Numbered from the stretch's first letter, positions 38,358-51,823 are shown. The stretch is 64,000 bases of DNA from Girardia tigrina (GCA_001938485.1 MQRK01168403.1:7199-71198), one strand, 5' to 3'. Made by a program: numbers and translations. Notes: generated from the sequence alone by a model not told the origin.

Positions 38358-38720
38358 GTATTCTTGTACATATTGTGAGGAGTAGCAGTTGTTGATTTCA
38401 TGTCTTGTCTCATTAAAGCTAAAGCCATATTAGCTTCTGCTTTTTGAGGACAAGAATCATGAAAATGTTATTTTGGATTTCGAATAATATTTTCTTCTGA
38501 AGTCTTCATGATCGCGTGACATTTTGTGGATCGATTTATCATACATCTCCAAGTTTTTATTAATTCTGTGTTTCGAAAAATAATATATTCGGAACCCAAG
38601 TGTTGTTGTAATGCCCTACTTATTTCGTGAGTGACAATGTTTTGTTTTATTTGTACAGAATTCCTGCACTTTCATTTCTTTTTTAATACCTCTTGGTTAG
38701 GTGATAATGTTCAAACCCTT
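38358..38720 (-). mobile_element. FLYWCH-type zinc finger, probable MULE transposase N-terminus cut by the mariner
   Basis: YIIF...TWRCMINRSTKCHA...HFH on the minus strand. Confidence 0.6.
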
Positions 38721-40859
38721 ACAGTATGTATGTATTTCTTATTTACCTTTATTGTATGCGATTTTTGTTATTTTTTTATGTTTTTTATTTTTGTGATAAT
38801 ATCTGTATTGTATGTTTTATTATTATTCTTATTTTCTTTTATTTTATTTTTTTTGTTATTGCCCAATTTCGGTTTTCGAGAAGCGATGGTAACAAGAGTG
38901 GATGAAGGAGAAGAAAGGTTAAAGAAGAAAGACTGAGATAAAGAGTGCGGGAATGGTATTATAATTATTAAATTAATTTCCATGCAATTGAAATTATAAT
39001 TTGTATTATGATTTCAATTTGAATTAAAGATTCAAATTGAAATCAATCAGAAATTATAATTTCAAATACTAAAAAAATACTTAACAACCAAATTTCCGCA
39101 AACGAATTATAAACATTTTAGCTCGATTATCAACAATTTTGACGAAATACTATTATTTGATTATTTGGTGACATTGACCGTTATTTGACGAACGTTATTT
39201 ATTTATTTATTACCCGCTCGAAAAACATTTGATGAAATAAGATTATCTGTTATATCATATATTTCGGTGAAAGAGAATTGAATATTTGTTGTAGTTATTT
39301 TTACAGTACTTTATCCTTTCCAATACCTGTAAGTATTGTTATATTTATTAAATAATTTAGTGTTACTAAAATACATAATATCGTTTTATCAATTGTAAAT
39401 TTTTGTTATTATTGTAATCACTGTCGCCCTTACAGTTGTTATGTTGTTATTCAAAACACAATAATAACTATTACGGAAATGAACTAATGATCGTCACTAA
39501 TTCGTCTACGCAATCTCGTTTTTTTGACACAATAAATAAAATAAAAAAATATAAATGGTCAATTAAAAACTATAATTGTATAATCAAACAGTAGAACCGA
39601 AAGAGGTAAAATAGACACAGATATCAACGAATCACGGAGGTACGTATGGAGATACAAGATATAAAAAAATATCACTGAATTCAAAACCTGATAGTTCAAT
39701 GTCTCTGATCTGTTTCCGTTCGAAGGATAGATCGGTAAGGAGATTCGTTGACTGGGTTTGGAATTGAGTCTGGAATAGATCCGTTTCCGTATAAAAAATG
39801 TTTCCGCGCTTGAATTTGTCAGTGAACAAACTAATTCACTGACGATCGCTCTGGCACGGATTGTTGATTTGTCGACAAAAAAAGGAACAACGACGTCGAA
39901 CAATAATTGTTGTTTCCCTCTTTATGAAAAGCCGAAATTAGAATTTAATTTGGCTCTAGAACTCGAAAATTATTTCGGAATTTGTATTATCTATCCGGAA
40001 TCGAGAAAGAAATTTCTTGGCTACTATTCGCGATAATAGAGCCAACTTAATTATTTTATTTAATATTTGTGTCGATTATTTTTTGTATTAAATATTCCCG
40101 TTAATTATTGCTGGCATTTGTGTGAAATTGTTTGGTGAGTGATGCGAGTGTTATCGGCAAGACTGTCGCCTCGATGTTCACCTGATCGACCTAGCACTCG
40201 TCCCAAGACTCCCTCGTGCCTGGCATCCGCACTCGTCACGTGAGCTCTCTTGACTATATTTGCAGGATCAGGCACAAGATGTTACAATTTCCGTCATCGG
40301 ATCACTCGCGCCTCTCAAACACAAGCAGCTCTGATTGCGACTCGCTCCACCACAGCAGCAAACAATTAATGGACTTGAAGATTTAGCAAATCCACTAATT
40401 TTACTATAAAAATATAGCAACAAAATTTAAGGTGGCTTAATCCAAAAATATGTCACAGAGATGGATTGAACTAGCCTCTAAAAAAATAATAAACGAAAGA
40501 AAATAAAAAAACTCTGTTTAAAGACAAACTTTAATTGTTAAAATAGAAACATTTGAATATCCCATAAAGTTTATGGCATAAACGATAATCTCATTCACAC
40601 GGTTAGTAATTAATTTGATAATAAATTTTATTAATGTTTGATTTTTTTATTGATCTTCAGTATTTTCGGATCTAATCAAAAATATTTAACATTGAAACTT
40701 TTGTACTTTTTCCATTTGTATCACGAAAGAAAATCCAAGAATAAATTAGTCATTAAAATATTAAACTAATTGACAATGGTAAACGTGTATTGTTATTACT
40801 ACGGTCTTGCTGCTGAAATTGTGTAAACACCGATATCTTTTGTCTATTCTCTTTAACAT

Positions 40860-42085
40860 AAGTTTTGATACAATGTTTTAATATCTCGAAATTTTTGTTT
40901 CAATTCTGGGATAAGGCAATTAATTTAGTTCGCAATCATAAAAATGCTTCATTCAGGATTTGGTTTTCGATAGACATTCCCGTTGATGAATTTCGGTTGT
41001 TTTCTCTTGATCTGTAGATTGATTTCACGAATTACCGCCGGTTATCAATTAGTTAATTTCAAGAAATGTATTGGATCTCTGTCGATCTCAATGTCGATAT
41101 CGAAACCTCGTGCAGATTTTCTTTTACCAGTAAAGAACAAAAAAATCAGGATTTGATAAGTTATTTGCAAAATAAATTCCAATTGCAAAGGTTCGAATCG
41201 ACATTTTCTCATAACAATAAACATAAAATTATAAAATAGAAGTTTCATATGCTGTGTCAACAAATAATTACGCACATACACCATCAAACAAGCCTGTACA
41301 GGACAACACAACAGGTCACTCATTTGAATATAAATCATAGGCTAATCAGTTCATCTCCGCAAAAAATTTCATCTTCCATTTTGATCTTCACTTTTCCAGA
41401 GAAACCATTTGTTCCGCCCGACCCTCAGGTTGCCCCGAGAATCGGACGGAGGAAACAGGGTTACGCAGTGGTTTATTTTTATTATGCTGGGCCCATTTAC
41501 CGTTCCACAACTTTTCAATAAATCTGCATTGATAAATCCTAGGAGATAAAACAAACACGTTTGATGGGAGATTTTTATTTGTGAATGATAAGTAATCTTG
41601 TAGACGTATTTTATCAATTCGACCAATTTTTACCGAAACATTATTGAATTTATCATAAATCTTTCCATCTTTCACGCATACAACAAGATCTTTGTTGTTC
41701 ATCAGAATATAATCCTGTTTGCATAACATCAAACGGTTCAAATTTCTGGATTTCTGACTCGAGCAATGGAAATTATATTTCCCAATATCACCCAAGATTC
41801 TGTATCTAATTTTATTCGATCAATCTTAAATGATTTAAAGATGATATTTTTTGTCAGATAGCAATTGATGATGAGAGAATCGATGAATCCCCCTTACATC
41901 GCGTATCGCAACATCAAGATAGTTATTCACTGCAACACTTCTCAATTCCGTGTGCTGAACAGAAATTTCACATCGAAATTCGGATTTGTTCTTTTATACT
42001 TTCAATCACTTTTTCCTCATACACCATTCCGTCGAGCCACATATCAACGATATGGAATCGAATTATTCCGTTTAAAATATCCATG
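40860..42085 (-). pseudogene. Decayed coding sequence of unknown family
   Basis: ATG at 42085 (MDILNGIIRFHIVDMWLDGMVYEEKVIE) followed by overlapping minus-strand ORF pieces (41795-41388, 41338-41045); coding-like composition. Confidence 0.4.
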
Positions 42086-42409
42086 AATCAATAAATATTC
42101 ACTTAATGATTATGAAATTGTTAATTTACTCCAACTAATTCAACAAATACTGAAAACAAATTTTTTTCCCGAAACGATTTATTTTTTCCAGAATTTTTTT
42201 AAATAAAATATTTATTGCTAAATCTTCCATTTTCCAAAATAATGTTTCCACCATAAAAAAACAAAACAAATTTTTACATTGATATAACCGTCATAATAAA
42301 ATTTCAATGAAAACGATGGTAAATTGGACGATGGAAAATTTTCGGGTTTCTTTTTTTTGATGATATAAATAATGATAACTTAAAATATATATAGACAATA
42401 ATTTTAATA

Positions 42410-42950
42410 TTTGAATCCCGAACATCATTAAACATTGATAGTTTGAGGACTGAATCAAACACAATATTAAATAGGAGTGGACTTAAAACACAACCGTGTT
42501 ACATTTCCTTCTCCATTTAAAGGTTTCCATCTTAATGGAACCCTCAAGCATTCTCCCCCTTACATTTAAACATCACAAGAGACACTCCAGGGCACACTAT
42601 TGAATCCCTTCTTTCAGTCGATAAAAATAACAAAAATATTAACATTTTTGAATCGTGCTTACTCCTGTAGTTTCAGTAAGATATTGATACCTAACTGAGA
42701 CCATCGTTTTGGCGGGAATCCAAATTGTCACGCATTCAGTAAATTTTCTGCGATTGATTTGATCCTGTTGGTGAAAATCCTAATTAGTAATTTCCTCCTA
42801 TATCTAAAACAAAAATATCCCGATAATTGTTTTGATCTTCCAGAGAGTCTTTTGTAAAAGTATCTCTAGTTTTGCCCTTTCTCCAACTATCTGGAAAATC
42901 TTTCACTCCATTCCAGATTTTTCAGATACAAAGCTCCAGATATTTTTGAA
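42410..42950 (-). mobile_element. LINE reverse transcriptase fragment (RTE/CR1-like)
   Basis: NYRDI, QFGF, FID...F.SV, GCVLSPLLFNI motifs with internal deletion. Confidence 0.8.
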
Positions 42951-44686
42951 CTAAGTTTAATATCTTCCGCAACAGTGGGTCTTGAAAGAATGCATAAGGA
43001 AAGAATTGATAAAATCTTCTCGTCAGTAAGTCATCTGATATTTTATGTTCCCATCTTCAATCTTATGAGGTTGTTCTCTGTGTTGCCTGAAACTGTCGGG
43101 AGATCATTAACTTCGAGTCCCACAAAAATCCATGTTTGATTTTTAAGCAATTGTAGAATTCACAGACAGAATTGCTGGCCATATAAATGTCCCCTGTTCT
43201 TTAAACTGGAGAAGTTGACTCTAGTTTCTAGGACACATCACCAGGAGGTAAGTAGACATTGTCTTCAATATAACAGTTTTTACAGTTATGACAATTAAAT
43301 TGATAAACCATTAGAACAGACATTTTAATCATAATTGTTGTTGATGGAATATAAATATTCGAAACAAGTTCAATAATAATTTGCTTGGAAAATCTTTCAC
43401 TAAATTATTTTTCAAAAAATATTTAATTGTTATTCAACAATTAATGAGATACAATTGTTTTTGTAAGTAGCGTTTATGCCACTTTCATTATTATCACATT
43501 CTGAAATCATAATTTAACACCACAAAAATTTATTAATAACAACAATTCACATACTTAAACAAATTAATTCAATTATTTCGCCCAAAATTAATTTAAAATT
43601 CTTTTCGATTAAATTCTGAAAATTCACGAAAATTAAACCTTAAAAATTATTTTACATTTTTTGCAAAAAAATTTTACAAAATCTTTACCTTAAAATAATT
43701 TTGCATTTTTTTACAAAAAAATTTACAAAATTTAAAATGTAAAATACTTTTACATTCTTACGAAACTTTATAATAAAAACTAATTAATTTAAATTTACAA
43801 TAAGCCCTTTTCTTAAAAAAATTATTTCTAAAAATATTAATCCTTTAAATATTTATTTTAAACTTTATTTAAACTTATTCCACTTATAAAATATATTAAT
43901 TGTTATTAATATAAACATATTTTAAATATGTATTTATTTTATCATATTTTTACTCTGCATTTTAATTTTCTAATTTATTTCCTTTAAATTTTCAAAACTA
44001 AAAAAACAATAAACTATTTTGGCGAAACTTAAAACTAACCCCTCATAGTTTTAATCTTTAAAAATTGTGCGATATTTTAGTCAGTAAAAACTGTTTTGAG
44101 AAGATGTCAACGTTTTTTATGATTAATAAAAAGACTAGAAAAATAAAAAAAATTTTTAAAAACTTGTTTCCTTCAATTTTACAATGACTGAAGCCTCTCT
44201 GTAAATACAATTATCAAAAGACAGTTTACCCTAATTAATTAATAAATTATTAATAAATGAAAACAAAATTGATTTTTATAAATTATTTTTGATAAAATTA
44301 TTCTTAAATATTATTTTTGAAGGCTTTCTTATGTAAATAAATAGATAAATCAATTGTCATTGAAACAACACTGATATTGCGAGTATCCATCGGCTAATGG
44401 CCACTTAACGAATGCGAGACGAAATCTCATCAATTACGAGCTCTTGAACAATTTTAGAGTTCCCCGAAAAATAATTTATTTTATTTTAGCATAGCTCGAA
44501 GAGGTTGTCATTTTTTTGAGATGGCTTTTGTTGAAGTAATTTTTTCCTATCAAATCATGATAAAATATTAAACGAATGGTTTAAGTTTTGAATGTAAATA
44601 TTTTTATTAATAAAAAAATTAATATATTTTTTTCAATTAATAATCAAAATAAAAGTCAATTTATTATAAAGTTTATTTTCAAAAGA

Positions 44687-44716
44687 AACGCATTTCGTCA
44701 TTACGGCATCTTCAGT
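44687..44716 (-). ncRNA. Degenerate hammerhead core
   Basis: Minus CTGAAGA-T-GCCG-TAA-TGAC-GAAA-TGCG-TT; stem II has a mismatch and stem I is absent. Confidence 0.35.
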
Positions 44717-44742
44717 GTAAGGAAAAAAGTGATAAATTACTA

Positions 44743-45902
44743 TTAGGTTGTCAAGTAGGAAATTTGTAGACATGAATACAATAAATCCAAATAGTTATAA
44801 TTTGACAATGACTTTAACATTTTGTTGCTCAGTTTTTTTGTTTGATTGTTACATATCTTGGCTATTGAACACATCAAAATTATTTATAACTTGTTTTAAT
44901 AATCTGTTCTAAATCAGAAAATCAAACTATTATGAAGTACGAGTTCCTGTATGGAACCTTAGCATGAAAATCAAATGCGACTTATCACTAATATATTCGG
45001 ATATAATGCTATTATGCAGCAGACAATCTTGAATGGGTTTAGAAAATTTGTGAAAAGTAATTTTAACGTCAGTAATGAGTCTCGGAGTCACCCAACGCAG
45101 ATATGGAATGACAATCCAAAATTAACAGTGGAGATAGATCCATTATAAAGGTCTCATGATTTATCACTAACGTTTTCTGTCACAAAGCAAACAATATATA
45201 ATCACTTGAATCAAATTGGTAAAGTGAAAAAATTAGATAAGTAGATTCCGCATCATTTGAATTAAAAACAGAAACAAAAGCGTTTGGATCACTTGATTCG
45301 AATCGTCATTTGTGATGAAAGGTGGATCCAATATGATAATCAAAAACGTTAACCAGAACACAGACCAAAGCACAATATTCATGAAAAACGGCTGATGATG
45401 AGTGTTTGGTTGTCTGAAACCTGATTCGTTGATCATAGAAGATGTCTTATGCAACCAATTAGAAGATATTGTGTGGAATCTCAAAGAAAAACAGACACGT
45501 TTATTAAACAGATTGACTCCCATCTTACTCCCTGACAATGCGAAATTAAATACTACATTTAAGACCTTGACAAAATTATATAATTTTGATTTGGACCTTC
45601 TGCACCATCCTCATACTCACCAGATCTAACCCCAACTAACTACCATTTCTTCCTCAATTTGAACAACTTTTTGATAGGAAAAAATTTAAATTCCGAAGAT
45701 GCCGCAAAATTGTCTTCTAGGAATTTATAGATTCTCGCCAATCAAATTTTTATTCAAATGGCCTCAACAAGCTGCCGCTCAAATGACAAAAGTGTGTCGA
45801 TAATATTATGCCATACTTTGATGAATGTTATAAATATTTGTATTGGTAAGTCATCAATAAACTTTGTCTTTAGTTCTACAAATTTCATACTTGACGACTT
45901 GA
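44743..45902 (+). mobile_element. Full-length, heavily decayed mariner
   Basis: TIRs TTAGGTTGTCAAGTAGGAAATTTGTAGA / TCTACAAATTTCATACTTGACGACTTGA with TA flanks; ICDERW, DNA, YSPDLTPTNY. Confidence 0.9.
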
Positions 45903-47435
45903 TAGCTTAACAGCTATTGCATCATACGTCTTTAAAAACATACTATATAAATATTTTATTATTATTTTAAAAACTTTAATATTTCAATAAAATGTTTAAA
46001 ATCGTATCAGAGTTCTTAATAATACTAAAAATAAAATTAAAAATATTTCTAAATAAAAAAGTTTAAACTCAAGTATTTATTTATCAATTATTCGTACTAA
46101 CTCTGGTCAGATTTTCAATATTCCCCAAATATTAATCTATTTTTAGTTTAATATTTTTTGTATATTTTTTTCTATTTTTTAACCGTACTAAAATTTTTAT
46201 TTATATTTTTCGAAAGCCTAGCTGATTCTAGCAGACTATTTAGTAAACAGATGAAAAGAAATCAGCTGCAAGTTTCAGGTAATTCTAAATATATCGGATT
46301 TCAGCTAAGCAAACCACTCGGATTTTAAACAATAAAGTTATTTTGAGCATAATTTTTAAAAGTGATACATCGAAATTTTAAAAAAATGGTTCTCAAGTAA
46401 AGTAAACTGACGCAAGAGACTTTTAATTTTGTTATCATTTATTTAATTATGAAATTATTTTTAATTTTTTTGAGAATTTTAATGATTTTATTTTCGTTGT
46501 AAAATAAAATAAACAACGTTTTTTTTATTTTAAATATTCTCAAAAATATAAAAAATAGAAATAAGCAGTAAATCATTTTTTAATATTATTAAGAAAAATA
46601 AATAAAATCAAGGACTTTTTTTCACAACACAAGAAATATAAACCGTTATTTACTTTTGAAACTTTCTTAATAGAAGATTTTTTATTTTTTTATATTTTTT
46701 TATTTTTTTATTAACGACTCTCTATTACTGCACCTTTAAATACAGAAGTTCGTTAACCACTCAATTCAAGTTTATGTTGTATATCAATAGTTGAAACAAG
46801 AGAATATCTTCATTTTGGGTTTCAAGATGAGAAGATGTAAGCTTGTAACTTTTAAAATTCGTTATCCGTGTTTTATACGTACTAATTTCCAAGTATCTGA
46901 TTTGAAATAAAAAAGTATTTTTCCATCTTCAATATCAAGCGAAGACTTCAAATTCGAAATTCAGACCTCAAAAAACACCTTTGGGTAATGCCTGTAGAAT
47001 ATACAAATAAAAAATTAATATTTTCTATAAAATTATAGGTAAATTATAAAAAACACGCTGTGCATCGAATATAAAATAACAAAGTTGCAGGATTTCCTTT
47101 CACTCCTTCTTATAAAAGAGTTATAATTTCCAGGAATTTTAAACAAAAACATTTCTTTTTTTTAACTCAATCCATAATTTAATAATAAAAGTTTATCAAG
47201 GAAATAGTTTAACTCATATTTAACACAACTAAAACGAAGTTTTATGCGTAGAAAGTACCGGAAATGCAAAAATATCAGGTAAAAGAGTTATAATAACAAT
47301 TTTTGTAGAGAACGTCAGAAGATCGATCTGTAACTCTGAGTAGCAGTTTTAACCATAATCATATCTTCTTTTCCAACAATGACTTTCACATAGTTCATTG
47401 AAAAAACATATTTACATGTAAAATCTGAGAAAAAC

Positions 47436-47700
47436 CAATAAATCATTTAAAAACCATCAATAAAGTTGTCGAGAGTGCATTCTGAACGTTAATTTTAGGA
47501 TCCAAATGCATTCGAGACCACTTTATTGAGGGTTTTTAAATGATTTATTGACGACGTATTGATTATATAATTATTACTGGAAGTATGTAGTACATTTTTT
47601 TGAAAAAATCAGTTGTTCTGAAGATGACGGTTAATGCGTCGAAATTAATAAACAATTTTGATTAGCTTTCGATTTTTGATTTTAATGAATTACCAATTTT
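47436..47700 (+). mobile_element. Penelope-like 3' end with inverted duplication (pLTR-type)
   Basis: Arms 47436-47481 / 47505-47550; the minus arm encodes DPKINVQNALSTTLLMVFK*, homologous to the ORF end at 55352-55414. Confidence 0.85.
47612..47656 (+). ncRNA. Minimal type I hammerhead ribozyme
   Basis: GTTGTT-CTGAAGA-T-GACG(loop)CGTC-GAAA-TTAA-TA^AACAAT; all core bases and stems I and II present; palindromic stem III. Confidence 0.88.
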
Positions 47701-48289
47701 TTTCAATTTTATTTACAATTCAAAATCTAATATATTTATGTTAAATTATTGTCACATAAATTAGCTATGGTTTCTAGAAATTCTTTTTTTAAACCTGTTA
47801 ATTGCATGGACGTTATCTTCGAAGATGTTTGATTCAAGAAGAGAATTAATAATTTCACACAAAAATTTCTTAACGAAAATTACACGCTAATAAAAAAATT
47901 TTCACAATAATCCAATTTAATCATTTTGCAAAATTCATTTATTAAATATTCTTTAAAATTAAATTTCTACTTTTTTATACATTTTATTAGAACATTTATT
48001 AGAACTTTCATTATTAAAATTAATCTCTGAAATTACTGCCTTTGTTAAAAGATATTTAACTTAACTTTAAATTTAATTTATAATAGGTTTTTTATTTTCA
48101 AAATAATTTCGTTAAAAAATATTTAACTCAAACTTCAACTTTAATTTCTTTCAAAATAATTTCGTCGTACATAATTAATTTTATCCAAATCATTGTTTTT
48201 TTTAATAACTTTAACTTCCTTATTTCTTATTTTAATAAATTTTCTGAAACTCATATCCACTCAATCTCCTCCTAGTTCCATCGTTTGTA

Positions 48290-48840
48290 TACAAAACTAA
48301 AATTCACAAAGTGGAGCAAACAAACGATGGCTTAAATCTCTGCAGTTGAGATTGCAAATAACAAGGTATCATGTTGGTGTCATGTACAGTGAAAACATTA
48401 CAAATGAAGAATGGTGATTTTTTCACTCTGCACGAACAAACAGTCTTCCGACGCATTTTAAACCGAGAAAGTCACGCAATGAAACACTCTGCCGAGCGTG
48501 CGGCAAAGGTACAGTGACACAGATACATGTCTTGTGTCTCTGTAAAAGAAATAATCTGATGATTACTGTCAGATATAATGTCGAGGAATCAATATCATCG
48601 GAAAAACCAATTTTACAAAAATTTAAAGACCGTAAGTGCACGCGGTCTGACTCGAAAAGCAGAGTTGACTCACAAATATACAATAAGGATACAAAAGAAC
48701 TCTGACTGATTGATGTCAAAACACCTTACGACACGGTTAAAACTCTAAAGAAAGCAAGATAAAACAATGAAACGAAATATAACAAGCTGAAAATGGAGAC
48801 CCAAAAGCCCCCCAAAAGATGGACAGTTTGACTGGGTACC
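48290..48840 (+). mobile_element. RLE-type non-LTR retrotransposon fragment (NeSL/R2/Utopia-like)
   Basis: CRACGKGTVTQIHVLCLC zinc knuckle, then RYN (RHN-like), LIDVKTPYD...ETKY restriction-like endonuclease motifs. Confidence 0.8.
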
Positions 48841-49669
48841 AAATTTTAATTAATTATTTGGTGAATTAAAAAATGTAACTAACTCCTAATTTTTAAAACA
48901 AATATAATTATTCTATTTTATGAGTCTCGAGTCAAAGAAGATAAATATATAACTGCACAATTAATTTATGATTTTCTAATTAATAAAAGATAAATAAAAT
49001 ATACAAATTCTCGTTATTTAATGTCGTTTTATATAATAAATATTTCATTAGAAACATCAACTAGAAGAATGCCTGCAGCAACAGGAATACTCACATGTGG
49101 CACTCACTTGTATTCAAGAAAGCAGCTAATTACACCAAGGTATATACAACACTAGGTAAATTTTTCCATTGAAATCAACTAAATCTTGCTTGTAGCTGAA
49201 TTACATATTTCTCTGCAAAAACTACATAAAAACAATAAATCAATTGGACATAAATAATATTCGTGTACAAGAAATTTAGAAATTATAATAAATCAAAATT
49301 ATATATTTTATTTTCTTTTAAAATAATCGTAATAATGAAAATTATAACTACTTTTCCGCTGTTGACTTTCCATTCTGTAGTTTAAAACTGAAAACAATGT
49401 CGACGGATGTCGATGCATCTATCCTTCTTCTGTTGAGATACACAGCAAGTTAAAATTAATAAGTTTTTCAATCATTTCTAATATTTTTGTAAAAGAATAA
49501 TTTAATACTATTTTTATTTAAATAATATTATACATTAGATAGATGGAAGATCTGGGAATATATTGCAGCGATGGATGGGAAGATTGATGATTGGAAGAGA
49601 ACCATAGGTATATCAAATATTTCCGGTGTCCAGTGTCATTAAACCAAGTTATCAATGTAATATGCAAAA

Positions 49670-49825
49670 TGTTAAGAACATTGAGACAATTCTCATTTGA
49701 ATTTTTATTATTATCACATTTAGAGTCATCAAAACTATCGGAAGATCTTTTACCTGTTGACATTGCTCTAATTGGTATTGTTATTTCTATCTTTAATAAT
49801 GATTATTCGAACAATTTTTCTAAAT
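49670..49825 (-). mobile_element. Gypsy LTR 3' (U5) fragment
   Basis: Ends GTTCTTAACA; encodes MSTGKRSSDSFDDSKCDNNKNSNENCLNVLN; homologous to 10990-11134. Confidence 0.8.
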
Positions 49826-49865
49826 CTTTTCCATTCTTTTTATTAGCTTACCTTTTATATAGGTA

Positions 49866-49866
49866 T

Positions 49867-49914
<48 letters not shown>
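49866..49914. repeat. (CA)n(TA)n microsatellite
   Basis: Direct reading. Confidence 0.95.
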
Positions 49915-49916
<2 letters not shown>

Positions 49917-50237
49917 TTGTCACTCCCCAACAAAATACAAATCTAATCATTCAACAATCAATTCATCAACCAACCTTTTCAACCAGAAACTGAAACCCAA
50001 ATTCCAACAATATCTCGAATCAAAGAGAAAACTTTTTTTGTGATATTAATTAATAAAAAAACTTGTACAATTTTTCTATATTCAATTTTTTATCTGTGTA
50101 TTTTTCCAGGAAAATCTTTTAAATATTTATTGTACAATTGACTATTTTAATGTAACGAGTGTGTTTTATTATTCCAAATAAATTTTTTTTGTCGGAAATT
50201 TTTTAAAACGAATTTTAAAATCTTTTATTCAGTCAGC

Positions 50238-50534
50238 ATGGCGTTTCCAGACGCCCAACAATCATTACAAAATTATTTAGGTGAACATCACCTTAATAAA
50301 ATGGTGTTAGAAAAACTGAAAAGATCGGATACCGACCGCAACCGACACTCGAAAGTCGGTTCACAGACTTCAGCATTCCAACAGCCGTCCGACAACGCCC
50401 ACAATACGTCCAAAACACCACTTCGGGCGATCCAATCGCGCTTACACCGTATCGGACCGGTACCCAGCGTCACCCCGACTGACGACAACGAACCGGTTCG
50501 CGCGTTTCAAATTCTTACGAGCCGCAAATATTAG
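50238..50534 (+). CDS. Hypothetical 98-aa orphan ORF in a GC-rich island within an LTR-like unit (from ~49918)
   Basis: ATG in strong context (AGCATGG); the frame stays open past the TAG to 50642; leader motifs shared with 22528-22590. Confidence 0.35.
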   Translation: MAFPDAQQSLQNYLGEHHLNKMVLEKLKRSDTDRNRHSKVGSQTSAFQQPSDNAHNTSKTPLRAIQSRLHRIGPVPSVTPTDDNEPVRAFQILTSRKY

Positions 50535-51823
50535 CGATCGACAGGCTCTTCGATGTTCCCTGCGCCTCAACCATCGACCGAGGAATTTTTCAATACCGAC
50601 GAGCGCGACCGACCAATGTCGACAAACTACTTAACTATCTGAAAAAAATCCAATTTTTAAAGGAAACTTAATTCCTTAGATTTATTCTACATTTTATAGT
50701 CAAATATTGTTCTTGATTCGGAATTTTAAAATAAAATCTTGTTTATTTTATTTTGTATTTTGAATTACATCAAAATTCTCTCCTCAAGTCTTATTTATTA
50801 CAATCGTTCGTTTTCAAAAGAATTTAATTCGTATCGTGATATATTATTATCGGAACTTTATATCTGAAGGACAATTTGCTAAATTGATTGCCTCTTTAGA
50901 ATTATTTATGAGATATGAAAGTATATGTAAATATGTTTTTTGGTGTTAGAGCGGGCACAGCTCGGTGGCGGCGTCCGGGGTTTGGGGGTGGACTGTGGGA
51001 AATTCTTAGTGAATCTCAGTCTTACTTTAAGAGATTTTTTATTTTTGTCAAATGTTGAAACAGAAATGGTTCGGTGGAGATAACAATTCAACGAATAATC
51101 ACAAAATAGAGATAAGGGTCTGGAATGGAAATGAAAATAATTGTTTTTCTAGTTTCACATTTGTTAATAAAATTTATTCCTTGTAATAAAATTGTAAATT
51201 TAACTCAAGAATTTAATCGTCTACTTATTATGTTAATCATAATCTATATTCCATAGCAATATCGATTAAATTTGAATTTTAAATTATATCCATTATGGAT
51301 AATAATTATAATTAAATAGTGTATCGCAATCACATACATCAAATTCAATGTTCTTTAAATCCAAAATTAAACACGTAATTCTTTCTAAATTTTGCAAATA
51401 TGGAATGTTCTTGTCTTTCGATATTTCCACTTCTTTGGTAACAGTAACTTCTAAATTTATCTAACTGACAGTGATACAATTGCTGTGACATTGGCAATCC
51501 ATCAAAGGAATAAAGATTTAAAAATAAAGATAGGGAAAAATTTAATATAAGTTAAAATTAAACACACTCCTCTATACAAAAAGTAAGTCAATTTTAACAT
51601 AAAATAAATAAAAATAAATAAATAGCTTAAGTTTATATATATTATAAGTTTATAAATAAGTTTATATTAAGTTTAATATCAATTAATATACTATTTATTC
51701 ATTAGATACCCACGCATCAAACGGAGTTTGCAATGTCTAAATTTTTATTAATAAATAAAAAACTAAAAATCAAAAAAATAATAGAAAATAAATAAACAAG
51801 TTCTTTTTTTGTTATATGTATTA

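Noticed and set aside
50945-51000. G-rich tract with quadruplex-like runs
   Set aside because: Short, isolated, irregular G-runs; no supporting context.
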